Of a stretch of 64,000 nucleotides of DNA, positions 23,281-36,999 are shown in pieces. The stretch is taken from positions 9,362,001-9,426,000 of the forward strand of contig CM059432.1 of assembly GCA_030390025.1 (NCBI GenBank), read 5' to 3'. How positions within the stretch are numbered: the first letter of the stretch is position 1; each line of letters starts with the position of its first letter. The notes under the pieces are model-generated. The model had not been told where the DNA came from and did no database searches. It saw only the letters and a program-made list of their open reading frames with translations. The stretch comes from Squalus acanthias. Taxonomy: Eukaryota. The position numbers were made by a program, and so were the translations under genes.

Positions 23281-23655
23281 AAAAACATAAGAGATAGGAG
23301 CAGGAGTAGGCCATTCGGCCCTTTGAGCCTGCTCCGCCATTCAATGAGATCATGGCTGATCTTCTGCCTCAACTCCATTCACCGGCCCTATCGCCATATC
23401 CCTTGGTGCCCTTACTAGTCAGAAATCTATCGACTTCTGTTTTGAAAATACCCAATGGCTGAGCCTCCACAGCCCTCTGGGGTAGAGAATTCCAAAGATT
23501 CATCACCCTGTGTGAGAAGAAATTTCTTCTCATCTCAGTCCTGAATGGTCTACCCTTTATCCTGAGGCTGTGGCCCCTGGTTCTAGACTCCCCAGCCAGG
23601 GGAAACATTCTCCCAGCATCCACTCTATCAAGCCCTGTAATAATTTTGTATCCTT
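23281..23655 (-). mobile_element. CR1 3' fragment
   Basis: ORF2 C-terminus plus tail; close to 37000-37390. Confidence 0.85.
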
Positions 23656-24209
23656 TAATCCAGCACCGCATTGGAGTGTCGGCCCAGCTTTATATGCTTT
23701 AGGGATTATAGGGCCGGAAATCAAGGCAAGGACCATAACCTAAGGCAATAAAGGGAAACAGCATATTGTTACAGGAAGAGATAGTGAAAAGAGATATGTT
23801 TTGCTGTGTTACCAGTGGTTACATATATTAGCTGTTGTGGCAGCATCTCTTTTAGTGTCAAACAGCCACGTTCATTCCGAGTATAATTTCTTGCTCAATA
23901 AAACTTTATTGTGCTATAATTATGTGATGTGGAATGCTGGAACCCCTTTCTTCTGGCAGATATTCATTGCCTCCTCATTTCTATTCAGTTCACGAGTTAA
24001 TCTTCCCGACCAAAAAAGAATTAGGCAGCGAACATTACTGCTGCCTTAAATCTACAAAAGCAGTAATCCAAGACAACCCAGCTTCTCTGTCTCCTTAGTG
24101 GTGTTTACTTACTGAAGAATGATATCATAAACCGCAGTGTAGTGGTGATTTATTTTGAAGCACGCTGAGAATGTATTAGGCTACAGCCATCTGTCAGTGT
24201 CGTTGGTTG

Positions 24210-25260
24210 TTAGCCGTGGCGCAGTGGGTAGCACTCTCGCCTCCAAATTCAGTAAAGAGTTCGAGGGTTCAAGTCCCACTCCAAAGACTTAAGCACAAAA
24301 TCGAGGCTGACACTCACAGTGCAGTACTGAGGGAGTGCTGTAGTGTCGGAGGTGCCGTCTTTCACCCGCTGCTGAAACTCTCATCCATGCCTTTGTTACC
24401 TCTAGACTTGACTATTCCAACGCACTCCTGGCTGGTCACCCACATTCTACCCTACGTAAACTTGAGCTCATCCAAAACTCGGCTGCCCGTGTCCTAACTC
24501 GCACCAAGTCCCCTTCGCCCATCACCCCTGTGCCCGCTGACCTACATTGGCTCCCGGTTAAGCAGTGCCTCGATTTCAAAATTCTCATCCTTGTTTTCAA
24601 ATCCCTCCATGGCCTCGCCCCTCCCTATCTCCTTCAGCCCCACAACCCCCCGAGATATCTGCGCTCCTCTAATTCTGCCCTCTTGAGCATCCCTGATTAT
24701 AATCACTCAATCTTTGGTGGCCGTGCCTTCTGTTGCCTAGGCCCTAAGCTCTGGAATTCCCTGCCTAAACCTGTCTGCATCACTACCTCTCTTTCCTCCT
24801 TTAAGACGCTCCTTAAAACCTACCTCTTTGACCAAGCTTTTGGTCACTTGCCCTAATTTCTTCATATGTGGATCGGTGTCAAATTTTTTGTCTTGTAATA
24901 CTCCTGTGCAGCGCCTTGGGACGTTTCGCTACGTTAAAGGCGCTATATAAATACAAGTTGTTGTTGAGACATTAAACCAAGGCCATGTCTGCCCTTTCAG
25001 GTGGACATAAAAGACCCCACAGTGGTATTGGAGGACGAGCAGGGGGGCGTTCTCCCCGGTGCTGATCCCTCAACCAACATGACTAAAAACAGATTATCTG
25101 GACTTTATTCTCATTGCTGTTTGTGGGAGTTTGCTGTGCGCAAATTGGCTGCCGCATTTCCTACATTATAACAGTGAGCACACTTCAAAAAGTACTTTGT
25201 TGCCTGTCAAGTGCTTTGGGTTGTCCTGAAAGCTGCTATAGAAATGCAAGTTATTTCTTT
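24210..25260 (+). mobile_element. DeuSINE interrupted by an L2 3' fragment
   Basis: SINE head 24210-24362 resumes near 24966. Confidence 0.75.
24363..24966 (+). mobile_element. L2 LINE 3' fragment
   Basis: LHWLPV...FKILILVFKSLHGLAPPYL...RAF...P.LWNSLP...FK..LKTYLF; (gtt)n tail. Confidence 0.85.
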
Positions 25261-25495
25261 GCAACATAAGACATGGATACAGCGGCTGAAGGTGAAAGGG
25301 CAGCATTCCAGTTCGGAGCCCAGTAGCGCCACATCTTACATCGTCGGCCCCGGGGAGGAGGCGTAGAACTTTTGCTATGAGGTCCCCTCAATGCTCCTAG
25401 GGCTGGGTTGGAGGCTGGGGAAGGGTGCGGGGGTTGGGGGAAGGTGGTGCTTAGGACTACAGCATAAAACAGTCACTGCTGCGACACAATGAAGG

Positions 25496-26131
25496 GAGGA
25501 GAATTTCCGCGGGGATCTCCCCTTTCTCCCACGTCACTTTGACAGTAGATGTAAAAGATCCCGCGGCCCGATTGGAAGAAGAGCGTCGGGATTCTCAGGC
25601 CAGCTGCACCAGCCCAGGAATATGCCCCGCGATCAAAGTTAGAGCAGCGCGCAGCGGGCGAAAGTCACGGCACCGGTGAGGTCTAGGTGCAGGGCCCACT
25701 GAGCTCCCCTCTGATTCAGCTGCACCTACCTCTCCTCATTGCCTGTGGAACTCATCCTCAACCACCAGCTCCCTGAGGGCAAGAGAAAGTCCAATGGGAA
25801 TGTCCACCTTCCACAGAGGAGGTGAAGCGTTAGGAAGAGGCCAACTCCCCAATACCTACAAATAATCCCAAATTAAACTGGGAACTGGGCTAAAAGCAGC
25901 GAGAGGTGCAGAAAAGCATCAGTAAGTAACTGTGAGTGGGAGGAAAGAAAAGGTTGCTTCCCTGTCACTTGTAACGCAGCTTTAAGAATAAGGGTACTGC
26001 AGATCAGGAAGTCGGGTCTAGTTTATAGAGGCACACCGTTGGAGAAAACCACTGAAGATACGGGACAAGGAAGCCCTCCTCGCCCAGAACAATGATTGCT
26101 CCACCAGGACATGGGTGCAGAAACTCTCCCC
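25496..26131. mobile_element. Possible old Harbinger-type MITE
   Basis: Imperfect TIR GAGGAGAATTTC / GAAACTCTCCCC. Confidence 0.35.
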
Positions 26132-26559
26132 TTAAGTGTGACTTCGCTGGAGAATAAAATCAGGCGGGGTGTAAAAGCAGCCTTGCGCCCAATCCCGTTA
26201 GTTGCCCGACGAAAAGGTTAGGTTAAAGTTGCCCCCAACCGTCTGCCGCCATTTGTAAAATAACTACCCACGCTCTTAATCTCAATGAACGTCAGGTATG
26301 TTTCTGTTGGGCCAGCTGACAGCTGTAGTTTGATATTGTGGGTAAACAAATAAAGTTCACAAAATAGATGAGTGGTCATCACAAATGGAGATAAAACAGC
26401 CAAATTTTCTCAGTTGAAATGTATTTAAATTAAACTGCTACTCATTACAGTGTGAATGAGTTGCAAAAAAAGGGGCGTCTGCCAGAGGCATCAGAAAAAC
26501 AAAAAAAAGCTTCTTCCTGCACTTGACACAGAGGTCAAGGGGGAGCGGGGAGGGGTGGG

Positions 26560-26746
26560 GGGTGAAATTCATCATCGGGCGCAAGCCAATCAGCAGCCTG
26601 TTTTACACCCTGTCTGACTTTCTGTTCCATTGACTTCAAAGGGGCGAATAAAACCCGGCCGTGTGTAAAATGAGCTGTCGGTTCACTATCGCCCATTTTG
26701 CACTATCACTCATTTTTGCACTACTGCCCAATGACCAATTTCACCC
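26560..26746. mobile_element. Short MITE
   Basis: Inverted ends GGGTGAAATT..TCAT.GGGC / GCCCAATGACCAATTTCACCC. Confidence 0.55.
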
Positions 26747-26984
26747 TCCCCGCCTCCCCCCCCCCCCCCCCCCCACCCCCCGCACCCCATCAAATATTCA
26801 AGCAAATTGAACTGGAGAGAATGAGAGAATTGTGCAATTCCAAGAGTCTGGAATTTGATTACCCTTAGACTCCGGCTTTGGCGACCTTATAATGCCACAT
26901 GCCTTTCATAGTGACCAGTGTCGGCATTGTTGGCACTCCTGGCTGCTGAACAGCAGTATTCAAGGACTGAGTCTCCCAGATCAA

Positions 26985-27165
26985 AGGCAGAAAGAACTTG
27001 TATTTATACAGCGCCTTTCACGACCTCAGGACGTCCCAAAGCGCTTTACAGCCCATGAAGTACTCTTTGAAGTGTAGTCGCTGTTGCAATGTGGGAAACG
27101 CGGCAGCCAATTTGAGCACAGCAAGCTCCTGCAAACAGCAATGTGACAATGACCAGATCATCTGT
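26985..27165 (-). mobile_element. DeuSINE 3' fragment
   Basis: Tail half of the consensus. Confidence 0.75.
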
Positions 27166-27304
27166 TAAACCCTATTTGCACTATACTGCTAAATTTCTCC
27201 ATTGCAGGTTCGTGGCTGATTCACAGTGAACAGTCAAGTGTAAAAGAACAGCTGCATAGGTCGACGTAAAACCTTTCAAATCTCAGTATTTACCTTATTC
27301 AGCT

Positions 27305-28584
27305 ATGAAAATCGTGTTTGACAAATTTGCTGGAGTTCTTTGAGGATGTAACGAGCAGGGTGGATAAAGGGGAACCAGTAGATGTAGAGTATTTGGATTT
27401 CCAAAAGGCATTCGATAAGGTGCCACATAAAAGGTTACTGCACAAGATAAGAGCTCATGGGGTTGGGGGTAATATATTAGCATGGATAGAGGATTGGCTA
27501 ACTAACAGGAAACAGAGTCGGGATAAATGGGTCATTTTTAGGTTGGCAAACTGTAACTAGTCGGGTGCCACAGGGATCAGTGCTGGGGCCTCACCTATTT
27601 ACAATCTATAGTAATGACTTGGATGAAGTGACCGAGTGTACTGAAGCCAAATTTGCTGATGACACAAAGATAGGTGGGAAAGCAAGTTGTGAGGTGGATG
27701 CAAGTCTGCAAAGGGATATAGATAGGTTAAGTGAGTGGGCAAAAATTTGGTAGATGGAGTTTAATGTGGGAAAATGTGAGGTTATCCACTTTGGTAGGAA
27801 GAATAAAGAAACAAATTATTATTGAAATGGAGAGAGACTACAAAATGTTGCGTAACAGAGGGATCTGGGGGTCCTCGTACATGAAACACAAAAAGTTAGC
27901 ATGCAGGTACAGCAAGTAATTAGGAAGGCAAATGGAATGTTGGCCTTTATTGCAAGGGGGATGGAGTATAAAAGTAGGGAAGTCTTGCTACAACTTTACA
28001 GGGTGCTGGTGAGACCACATCTGGAGTACTGCGTACAGTTTTGGTCTCCTTATTTAAGGAGGGATATACTTGCATTGGAGGCAGTTCAGAGAAGGTTCAC
28101 TAGGTTGATTCCTGAGATGAAGGGGTTGTCTTATGAAGAAAGGTTGAGCAGGTTGGGCCTAAACTCTTTTGGAGTTTAGAAGAATGAGAGGTGATCTTAA
28201 TGAAACATATAAGATTCTGAAGGGGATTGACAGGGTAGAGGCAGGGAGGATGTTTCCCCTCGTGGGGGAATCTAGAACCAGGGAGCATAGTTTCAGAATA
28301 AGGGGTCGCCCATTTAAAACGGAGATGAGGAGGAATTTCTACTCTCAGAGGGGCGTGAATCTTTGGAATTCTCTACCCCAGAGACCTGTGGAGGCGGAGT
28401 CATTGAATATATTCAAGGTGGAGATAGGCAGATTTTTGAGCTACAGGGGAGTCAAGGGTTATGGGGAGAGAGCGGGAAAGTGGAGTTGAGGCCAAGATCA
28501 GATCAGCCATGATCTTATTGAATGGCGGAGCAGGCTCGAGGGGCCGAATGGCCGACTCCTGCTCCTGATTCTTATGCTCTTATG
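27305..28584 (+). mobile_element. 5'-truncated CR1 (RT to tail), decayed
   Basis: LTNLLEFFE, DFQKAFDKV, PQGSVLGP, FADD; stops and frameshifts. Confidence 0.9.
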
Positions 28585-29304
28585 AAGCATTTGCATCTGG
28601 CTTATGTGTGATCACTGCCAATCTTATGCCGTTTTATACAGGAAAGAAATGTGTTATGCCGATCATTTGATAGCAGTGAGCCTATGAACAAACTTGCTTT
28701 TATATACCACCTTATCACATCCCTCGAGGCAGCCCAATAAAAACTTCACATCCAATGATTTATTTAAAGTGTAGTCAGTACTGCGCTGCGAGAAAACATA
28801 GCAACCAAATTGCATACAGGAAGATCTCACAGAGGAAGGGCAATAAAGTGAATGATCAGTCAATTTGTTTCAGGACTCTCAAATAGTCCCATTGCATCTT
28901 TGACATCTACCCAATTAGGCAGATGGGGAAACTCAGTCTAATACCTCACCTGGAGGACAGCAGCCTTGTACTCTTGTATTGAAATGCCAGCCTGGATTAT
29001 GCGCTCGAGATCTGAAGTGGGACTCGAATTAATAATCTTCTGACTCAACAGCGAGAAGCTAACCAACGGAACAAGGCTGACACCGGAGAACCAATTTTCC
29101 GAAGGAGTTTTGCCAATGCAATATGTGATGGGAGCACATTTGACCTCTGATTTCCCACGGGGCCACACCGAGTGAGCAACGGCACTTGCAGAAAGCTCCA
29201 GTCGAAATTACAGTTCCGCAGTCTTGATTTTCCATTGATTCAAATGAAGATGGAAAAGCAGGGACTGCAAACCGACTTTCCCCAACCAGCACTCCTTCTG
29301 AGTT

Positions 29305-29750
29305 ACATCGAATTGTACAGCACAGAAACAGGCCATTCGGCCCAACTGGTCCATGCTCCACTCGAGCTACCTCCCACCCCTCTTCATCTAACCTGACCAG
29401 CCTAACCTTTGATTCCTTTCTCCTGCATGTGTTTATCTACCTTCCCCTTAAATGCATCTGTGCTATTCACCTTAACCACTCCCTGTGGTAGCGAGTTCCA
29501 CATTCTCACCACTCCCAGGGTAAAGAAGTTTCTCCCGAATTCCCTGTTGGATTTATTAGTGAGTATCTTATATTGATGGCCCCTAGTTTTCCTCCAAGTG
29601 GAAATATCTTCCCTACGTCTACCCTATCAAACCCCTTTCATAATCTTAAAGACCTCTACAAAGTCACTCCTCAGCCTTCTCTTTTCTAGAGGTAAGAGCC
29701 CCAGTCGGTTCAGCCTTTCCTGATCGTTGTAGCCTCTCAGTTCTGGTATC
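29305..29750 (-). mobile_element. CR1 3' fragment
   Basis: Family of 32332-32765 and 41500-41985. Confidence 0.7.
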
Positions 29751-29977
29751 AGTTCCGCTTCTCACCGGGAGCACCAATCAGGGAATTAGCCCTATCGGGA
29801 ACTGTGAGTGCGCTTCCCAAATCTTCTGTTCATTCATTTTGATGGACAGAAAATGGTGAGGTGCACGAACATGAGTTCTCAAATATGCTCCAGCCAGGTG
29901 ATGTTCCACACCAGGAGCGCGCATTTGGAATAATCAACCCTTGGGTAAATTTTATTCAATTAGTAATCCAGAGTCCT

Positions 29978-30762
29978 GGGGCTAGAAATTCCGTATCGCC
30001 CCGGTTGGGGGCGTTAACTTTTGAAAAGTAGAAAAAGTAGTGCCAGGCGCTAATGATTCTCTCCTGACGGGAAATTCAGCTTTTGCGCTCCAAGAGGGAA
30101 GTGGAGCTCTAAAATCAAGCGCTAACCACTTCTCCTAGGGCGCTAAAGTCCGAGAGCGGAGCAGTAGCGGCACAGCGCTGAACAATTTGGAGCGCATCGC
30201 TAACGGCATCAGATGCTGCTTCCCTCGCTTAAAGGGAAGGGCCAGTGATGGTGCACAACCTACTTGCCGGCGGATCTGCGTTGCAGGGCGACCTGGGCAA
30301 CTGCCATCACAGCCCCAAGCACTCTCACAAAGTGGAGGGCTTGGACATCTTGCAGCAATGAAGTGACCAAAAGCTTTCAGCAGGAACCAGACTGGTGGAA
30401 ATATTAAAGGTTGGCCTACCTGAAAACCATTCCCTTTAATTAGCACTCTGCAAGCAGCCAGCCCAGTTGATGACGCCTCCTCTTCCTGCCATTGTTCACG
30501 CCCGGCGACACAGCGGGGGGGTGGGGGGGGGGCAATTTCCAATCCAGGGCGATAACGGGGCACAGCGCACTTGATGACGTCACAATCTGCGAGGCGCTCG
30601 AGGCCCAGGCGGTAAGAGTTAGCGCCAGCGCTAAACCGGCACTGAAGTTCGCCGGCGTCGCTGCATTCGCCGCGCCCAGTCGCTAACCCCTTAGAATCCC
30701 ATTAACGCCCCCCCCCCGCTGCCCCAGGCGCTAACGGGAGGTGCTAACCAACTGAATTTCTA
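29978..30762. mobile_element. Harbinger MITE related to the autonomous element, inserted in a MetaSINE-like SINE
   Basis: GGGGCTAGAAATT left end; right end ggcgctaacgggagg...actgaatttcta matches the autonomous left end; many GCGCTAA motifs. Confidence 0.75.
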
Positions 30763-31145
30763 TTAATCCAGGGAACATGAGTTCAAATCCCACCATGGCA
30801 GTTTGAGAATTTGAATTCAGTTTTAAAAAATCTGAAAATAAAGATAAAAGCTGGCGTCAGTAAAAGTGACCATGGAAGCTGTTAGATTGTTGTAAAAACC
30901 CAGTTGGTTCACTAATGTCCTTCAGGGAAGGAAATCTGCCATCCTTACCCGGTCTGGCCTACATGTGACTCCAGTCCCACAACAACGTGGTTGACTCTAA
31001 ACTGCCCTCTGAAGTGACCAGCAATCCAATCATTTATATCAAACCACTACCAGCGGTTCAAGAAGAAGTCCCACGTTTTCAAGGCGCCCAGGGATGGGCA
31101 ATAAATGTCAGCCTCGCCAGAGATTTCCACATCCAACAATAAATA
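30763..31145 (+). mobile_element. MetaSINE-like SINE (head starts near 29960)
   Basis: Same core and tail as 9835-10203. Confidence 0.7.
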
Positions 31146-31504
31146 ATAATCATTTAAAGCATCTTCGCAGCCCGGGTATAACGTGGTGGAGCGGCTCACC
31201 CTGTAGAAACCCACCTGATTGACATCCCACTGAAGTCGGGCAATTGAAATTGGTCCCTGAGTCTCAAGCTCGCCAGCGCAAATTAAAGTTTGAATAAAAA
31301 GTTGAAATATTCCTAATTTGAAGTAAATGTTCTGTGAAATGATGGTGCATGTAGTTTCAGACTTCAGCATAGCTTCTGCACACTGATTTGGATGAAGTCT
31401 GTTGGACCGATTTTCAACACGTACTGCTGACAGAGTGCAATATGGGCACAGTGCACAAGACGTCCGCTGCCCTCTGGGAAGCCCTGAAGAGCTAAAGTGA
31501 CATA

Positions 31505-32331
31505 GGGCTGGATTTTCTCAATGGGGAGCTTTTGGAGGCGGGACTCCCACTTGTCGGGTTTTAGTCCCGCCTCCATCGACCTGTGGCCAACCCACGCTAT
31601 TTTCCCTTGATTGACCTTGTTAAGCCCGCCAATTAAGGGAAAGCCGGTCACAGGTGACGTCAGCGACTGATGTTTCATCTGTCAAGAGCTTTTGACAGAT
31701 GAAATGTCAGCGTTTGACGGCTCTGTGAAGCTGTCAATCACTGACAATCTGTCCTCTAACTCAAGTCCTTCCACTCAGGCTCAGTTAGAGATCTCTCCTG
31801 AGCAGAAAGCAGAAGGCAGCAGCTTTTGACAGTTCAGCGGCCATTCTGCTTTCTGTACCGGTGAGCTGAGGGACTCTCGAGACCTGAAGGGAGGAAGCCA
31901 GCAGGAAGAAGTGAAGGTAAGTAAAACTTATTGAAACACTTTACACTCACCTCACACATTTACCTCTCCACACTTGCACCCATCACTCACCTGTACACCG
32001 GACATCTCGACCCCTCCGACCCCCGCAGACCCACGGCCCGCCTCACTAACCCTGGCGAGGTTCGGAGCCGTCGGGAAGCCCACACTTCAGGGCTGAAAAT
32101 AGGGATTCTCAAATAAACTGCCTGTTAACTACCTGCTAACAGGCAGTTAATTGGCACTAATCCCCTTCCCGCCCCGGGGAGGTGACTCCCAGCGCGGGTC
32201 GGGTACCCGCCTTCTGGGAAGATGGCACGGAGGCGGGTTGGGGGCGGGATGGTAACCGCCCCCAGATTCTGCCATTTTCCCGGCAGTCCCACCTACATAC
32301 CCGCCTCCCCAGGGCTGGCAAAATTCTCCCC
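31505..32331 (+). mobile_element. Harbinger-type MITE, family E copy 1
   Basis: 12-bp TIR GGGCTGGATTTT / AAAATTCTCCCC, TSD ATA; homologous to 46888-47722. Confidence 0.8.
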
Positions 32332-32765
32332 ATAGAATTTACAGCACAGGAACAGGCCATTAGGCCCAACAGTTCTGTGCCGGTGTTTATGCTTCACACG
32401 AGACTCCTCCCACCCCTCTTCATCACACCCTATCAGCATAGCCTTTTATTCCTTTCTTATCTGATTTAAATGCATCTGTGCTATTTGCCTCAACTACTCC
32501 CTGTGGCAGCGAGTTCCACATTCTCACCACTCTCTGAGTAAAGAAGTTTCTTCTGAATTCCCTATTGGATTTATTAGTGACCATCTTATATTTATGGCCC
32601 CTAGTTTTGGTCTCCCTCACAAGTAGAAACATCTTCTCTACGTCTACCCTATCGAACCTGTTCATAATTTAAAAGACCTCTGTCAGGTCACTCCCCAGAC
32701 TTCTCTTTTCTAGAGAAAAGAGCCTCAGCCTGTTCAGTCTCTCTTGGTAGTTGTAGTCTCTCAGT
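32332..32765 (-). mobile_element. CR1 3' fragment
   Basis: KTRGHKYK..TNKSNREFRRNFFTQRVV. Confidence 0.8.
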
Positions 32766-32767
32766 TA

Positions 32768-35230
32768 CATAAGAACATAAGAAATAGGAGCAGGAATAGA
32801 CCATTTGGCCCCTCGAGCCTGCTCCGCCATTCAATGAGATCATGGCTGATCTCGGGCTCAAAGCCACTTCCCTGCCCGCTCCCCATAACCCTTCACTCTC
32901 TTATCTTGCAAAAATCTGTCTATCTCCACCTTAAATGTATTTAATGACCCAGCCTCCACAGCTCTCTGGGGCAGAGAATTCCACAGATTTACGACCCTCT
33001 GAGAGAAGAAATTCCTCCTCATCTCAGTTCTTAAAGGGCGACCCTTTATTCTGAAACTGTGCCCCCGAGTTCTAGATTTCCCCACGAGGGGAAACATCCT
33101 CTCTGCATCTACCTTGTCAAGCCCCCTCAGTATCTTATATGTTTCAATAAGATCACCTCTCATTCTTCTAAATTCCAATGAGTATAGGCCCAACCTGCTC
33201 AACCTTTCTTCATAAGTCAACCCCCTCATCTCAGGAATCAACCGTGTGAATCGTCTCTGAACTGCCTCCAATGCAAGTATATCCTTCCTTAAATAAGGAG
33301 ACCAAAACGGTACGCAGTACTCAAGGTGTGGTCTCACCAATAATCTGTACAGTTGTAGCAGGACTTCCCTGCTTTTATACTCCAACCCCCTTGAAATAAA
33401 GGCCAACATTCCATTTGCCTTTTTGATTACTTGCTGTACCTGCATGCTAACTTTTTGTGTTTCATGCACAAGGACCCCCAGGTCCCTCTGAACTGTAGCG
33501 TTTTGTAATCTCTCTCCATTTAAATAATAATTTGCTTTTTTATTTTTCCTGCCAAAGTGGATAACCTCGCACTTTCCCACATTATACTCCATCTGCCAAA
33601 TGTTTGCCCGCTCACTGAGCCTGTCTTAATCCCTTTGCAGATTCTTTGAGTCCTCTGCACAACTTGCTTTTCCACCCATCTTTGTATCATACGCAAACTT
33701 GGCTACATTACACTCGGCCCCTTCATCCAAGTCATTAATGTAGATTGTAAATAGTTGGGGCCCCAGCACCGATCCTTGTGGCACCCCACTAGTTTCCATT
33801 TGCCAACCGAAAAATGACCTATTTATCCCGACTCTCTGCTTTCTGTTAGTTAGCCAATTCTCCATCCATGCTAATATATTACCCCCAACTCTGTGAGCTG
33901 TTATCTAATGCAGTAACCTTTTATGTGGCACCTTATCGAATGCCTTCTGGAAATCCAAATACACCACATCCACTGGCTCACCTTTATCTACCCTACTCGT
34001 TACATCCTCAAAGAACTCCAGCAAATTTGTTAAACATGATTTCCCTTTCATAAAACCATGCTGACTCTGCCTGACTGCATTATGATTTTCCAAATGCACT
34101 GCTATCGCTTCCTTAATGAAGGACTCCAGCATTTTCCCAACGACAGATGTTAGGCTAACTGGTCTGTAGTTCCCTGCTTTCTGTCTCCCTCCTTTCTTAG
34201 CTAGGGGTGTTACATTTGCGGTTTTCCAATCCGCTGGGACCTCTCCAGAGTCCAGGGAATTTTGGTATATTGCAACCAATGCATCCACTATCTCTGCAGA
34301 CATTTCTTTTAAGACCCTGGGATGCAGGCCATCTGGTCCAGGGGACTTGTCGTCTTTTAGTCCCATTATTTTACCAAGTACTTTTTCCTTAGTGATAGTG
34401 ATTGTCTTTAGTTCCCCCCTCCCTGTGGCCCCTTGATTATCCATTATTGGGATGTTGTTAGTGTCTTCTACAGTGAAGACAGATGCAAAATATTTGTTCA
34501 GAGTCTCTGCCATTTCCCCGTTTCCTATTATTAATTCCCCATTCTCATCCTCTAAGGGAACAACGTTTACTTTAGCTACTCTCTTCCTTTTTATATCCCT
34601 CTAGAAGCTCTTACTATCTGTTTTAATATTTCTTGCCAGTTTACTCTCATAATTCATCTTCTCTCTCTTTATTATTTTTTTAGTCATCCTTTGCTGGTTT
34701 TTAAAAATTTTCCAATCCTCTGGCCTCCCACCAATCTTGGCAACATTGTATGCCTTCATTTTCAATTTGATACCATCCTTTACTTCCTTAGTTAGCCACG
34801 GATAGTGCTCCCTTCTCTTAAAATCTTTCTTTCTCACTGGAATATATTTCTGTTGAGAGTTATGAAATATCTCCTTAAATGTCTGCCACTGCATTTCAAC
34901 TGTGTTACCTTTTAATTTATTTTTCCAGTCCACATTAGCCAGTTCTGCCCTCATGCCATTGTAATTGCCTTTGTTTAAGATCAGGACACTGGTTTGAGAT
35001 ACAACTTTCTCACCCTCCAACTGAATTTAAAATTCAACCATGTTATGATCACTCTTACCTAGAGGATCCTTTACTATGAGATCATTTATTAATTCTGTCT
35101 CATTACACAGTACCAGATCCAAGATATCCTGCTCCCTGGTTGGTTCCATTACATACTGTTCTAGGAAACCATCCTGGATACACTCTATGAACTCCTCCTC
35201 AAGGCTACCATGGCCAAATTGATTTGTCCA
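32768..35230 (-). mobile_element. 5'-truncated CR1 (late endonuclease to tail), decayed
   Basis: Four consecutive ORF2 pieces (34601-35020, 33905-34513, 33626-33865, 32858-33592); FADD mutated to FAYD. Confidence 0.92.
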
Positions 35231-35483
35231 ATCAATATGGAGATATTGGTATCAATCTTGTAAATTTTTTTTGCACATTCTCCAGCGCTTCGATATTGTT
35301 TTTGTAATATGGAGACCCAGAACTGTTTGTAGTACTCCAAGTGTGGTCGAACCAAGGGTCTATACAAGTTTAACATAACCTCCCTGCTTTTCAATTCTAG
35401 AAATGAACCCCAGTGCTTTGTTTGCATTTGTATAGCTTTGTTAACCATAATCTGTAGATCCTTTTAACCCAGTTAGACTCTTA

Positions 35484-36241
35484 GGGGGGAGAAATTGAGT
35501 CGCGCCCCCTTTGGGGCGCTAACTTCGCCGGGGCACTACTTTTAGCGCCCCAGAAAAATTAGCGCCCCCGCAGCCGAAATTGAGTGGTAGCGCCCCAAGA
35601 GTGTAGTGGGGTGCTACTGGAAGCACCCCGCCTCCCTCTTGGGGCGCTGCGAGGGAAAATCGTGGCACTATGTGCTGAGGCACATCACGCCGCGGTATTG
35701 CAGGCCTTCCTCCCCTTCTTAAAGGGGAGGGGCCTTGCGCAGCGTGACCCGGGGCCCAGCTGGGCCACCAGGGATCGCAGTGCCGGCAAAAGAGCCCGGC
35801 ACTCAAGAGAATTGCGGGGCTCATGGAGCGCAGCCGGCACTCCACGGGGAGGGGGGGGGGGGTTAGGAGACCGGGGATGGGAGCGGAGGCAGGTGCTGGC
35901 AGGCGGCCAGCAACAAAAATGGCCGCCCGGCACCTCGCCTTTAAATAGTGCTGCCCCGGCCGCAGGTAGGCCCCCCTGACCCCATCGGACAGAGCATCCG
36001 GCGGTAAGTCAGGGGGCGCTACCGAAGATCGCAGCCGGGGCGCGAGCGGGGCGCTGCGCACGGAGATGACATCATTGCCGGCGGCGCCGCAGGGCGCTAA
36101 CGGTTAGCGCCGCTGCTAACCTACCACTGAATTTCGCGGGAGGTGTTGGCGGTGCCGCGCCCGGGTGCTAGTTGCTTTGCGCCCCGTTAGCACCCTCTTA
36201 TTACGCTAACGGGAGGCGCAAAGCAACTGAATTTTTCCCCC
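35484..36241 (-). mobile_element. Harbinger MITE sharing termini with the autonomous element
   Basis: GGGGGGAGAAATT ... AATTTTTCCCCC, TSD TTA; right end matches the autonomous left end. Confidence 0.85.
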
Positions 36242-36494
36242 TTAATTTCTAAGGAGTAAATGGCCTCCTTATTCCTCCTACCAAAATGCATCACCTCATA
36301 CTTTTCTATATTGAAATTGATCTGTCATTTGCATGCCAATTCTGAAAGTTTTTTTAAGGAAATGGTTCCTTTTTGCTGAATTAACCCTGTGGTATTCTCG
36401 AGATTTGTATCAGTAAGTACTAGTTACGCTGTCACACGACACATTCTTCCTGCTGGCATTCATCGGGTGCAGGGACAGGAAAATCAGCAGCAAT

Positions 36495-36767
36495 TTATGA
36501 TAAATATTGGCCAGGACACTGGGGAGAACTCCCCAGTTCTTCTTTGAAATAGTGGCCATGGGATCTTTTATGATCCACCTGAGCGAGCAGACGGGGCCTC
36601 GGTTTAACATCTCATCCAAAAGTTGGCACCTCCAACAGTGCAGCACTCCCTCAGTGCTACACTAAAGTGTCAGCCTAGAGTATGTGCTCAAGTCTCTGGA
36701 GTGGGGCTTGAACCCATGACCTTCTGACTCTGAAGTGAGAGCGTTGCCAACTCAGCCACGGCTAACA
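36495..36767 (-). mobile_element. DeuSINE 5' half
   Basis: Head and core. Confidence 0.75.
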
Positions 36768-36999
36768 CCCGTGTGGGAACAAAATGTTGTATTAAAACGG
36801 TCAGGCCAGAGGCGTTAACGCAATGTGTGCTGGAACCGAGCAAGAATACATTTGCAAATTTGTCTTTAATTGGTGCCTCACTTGGATTTTTTGACAAGGT
36901 GCAAACCGGCCAAAGAAATGTTGGTGATGGTCTGCTCATTAAATTAGTTTGATGCTGGGTGAAATTTTAGGAACATGGACAAAAAATGAGCCACTGCTT

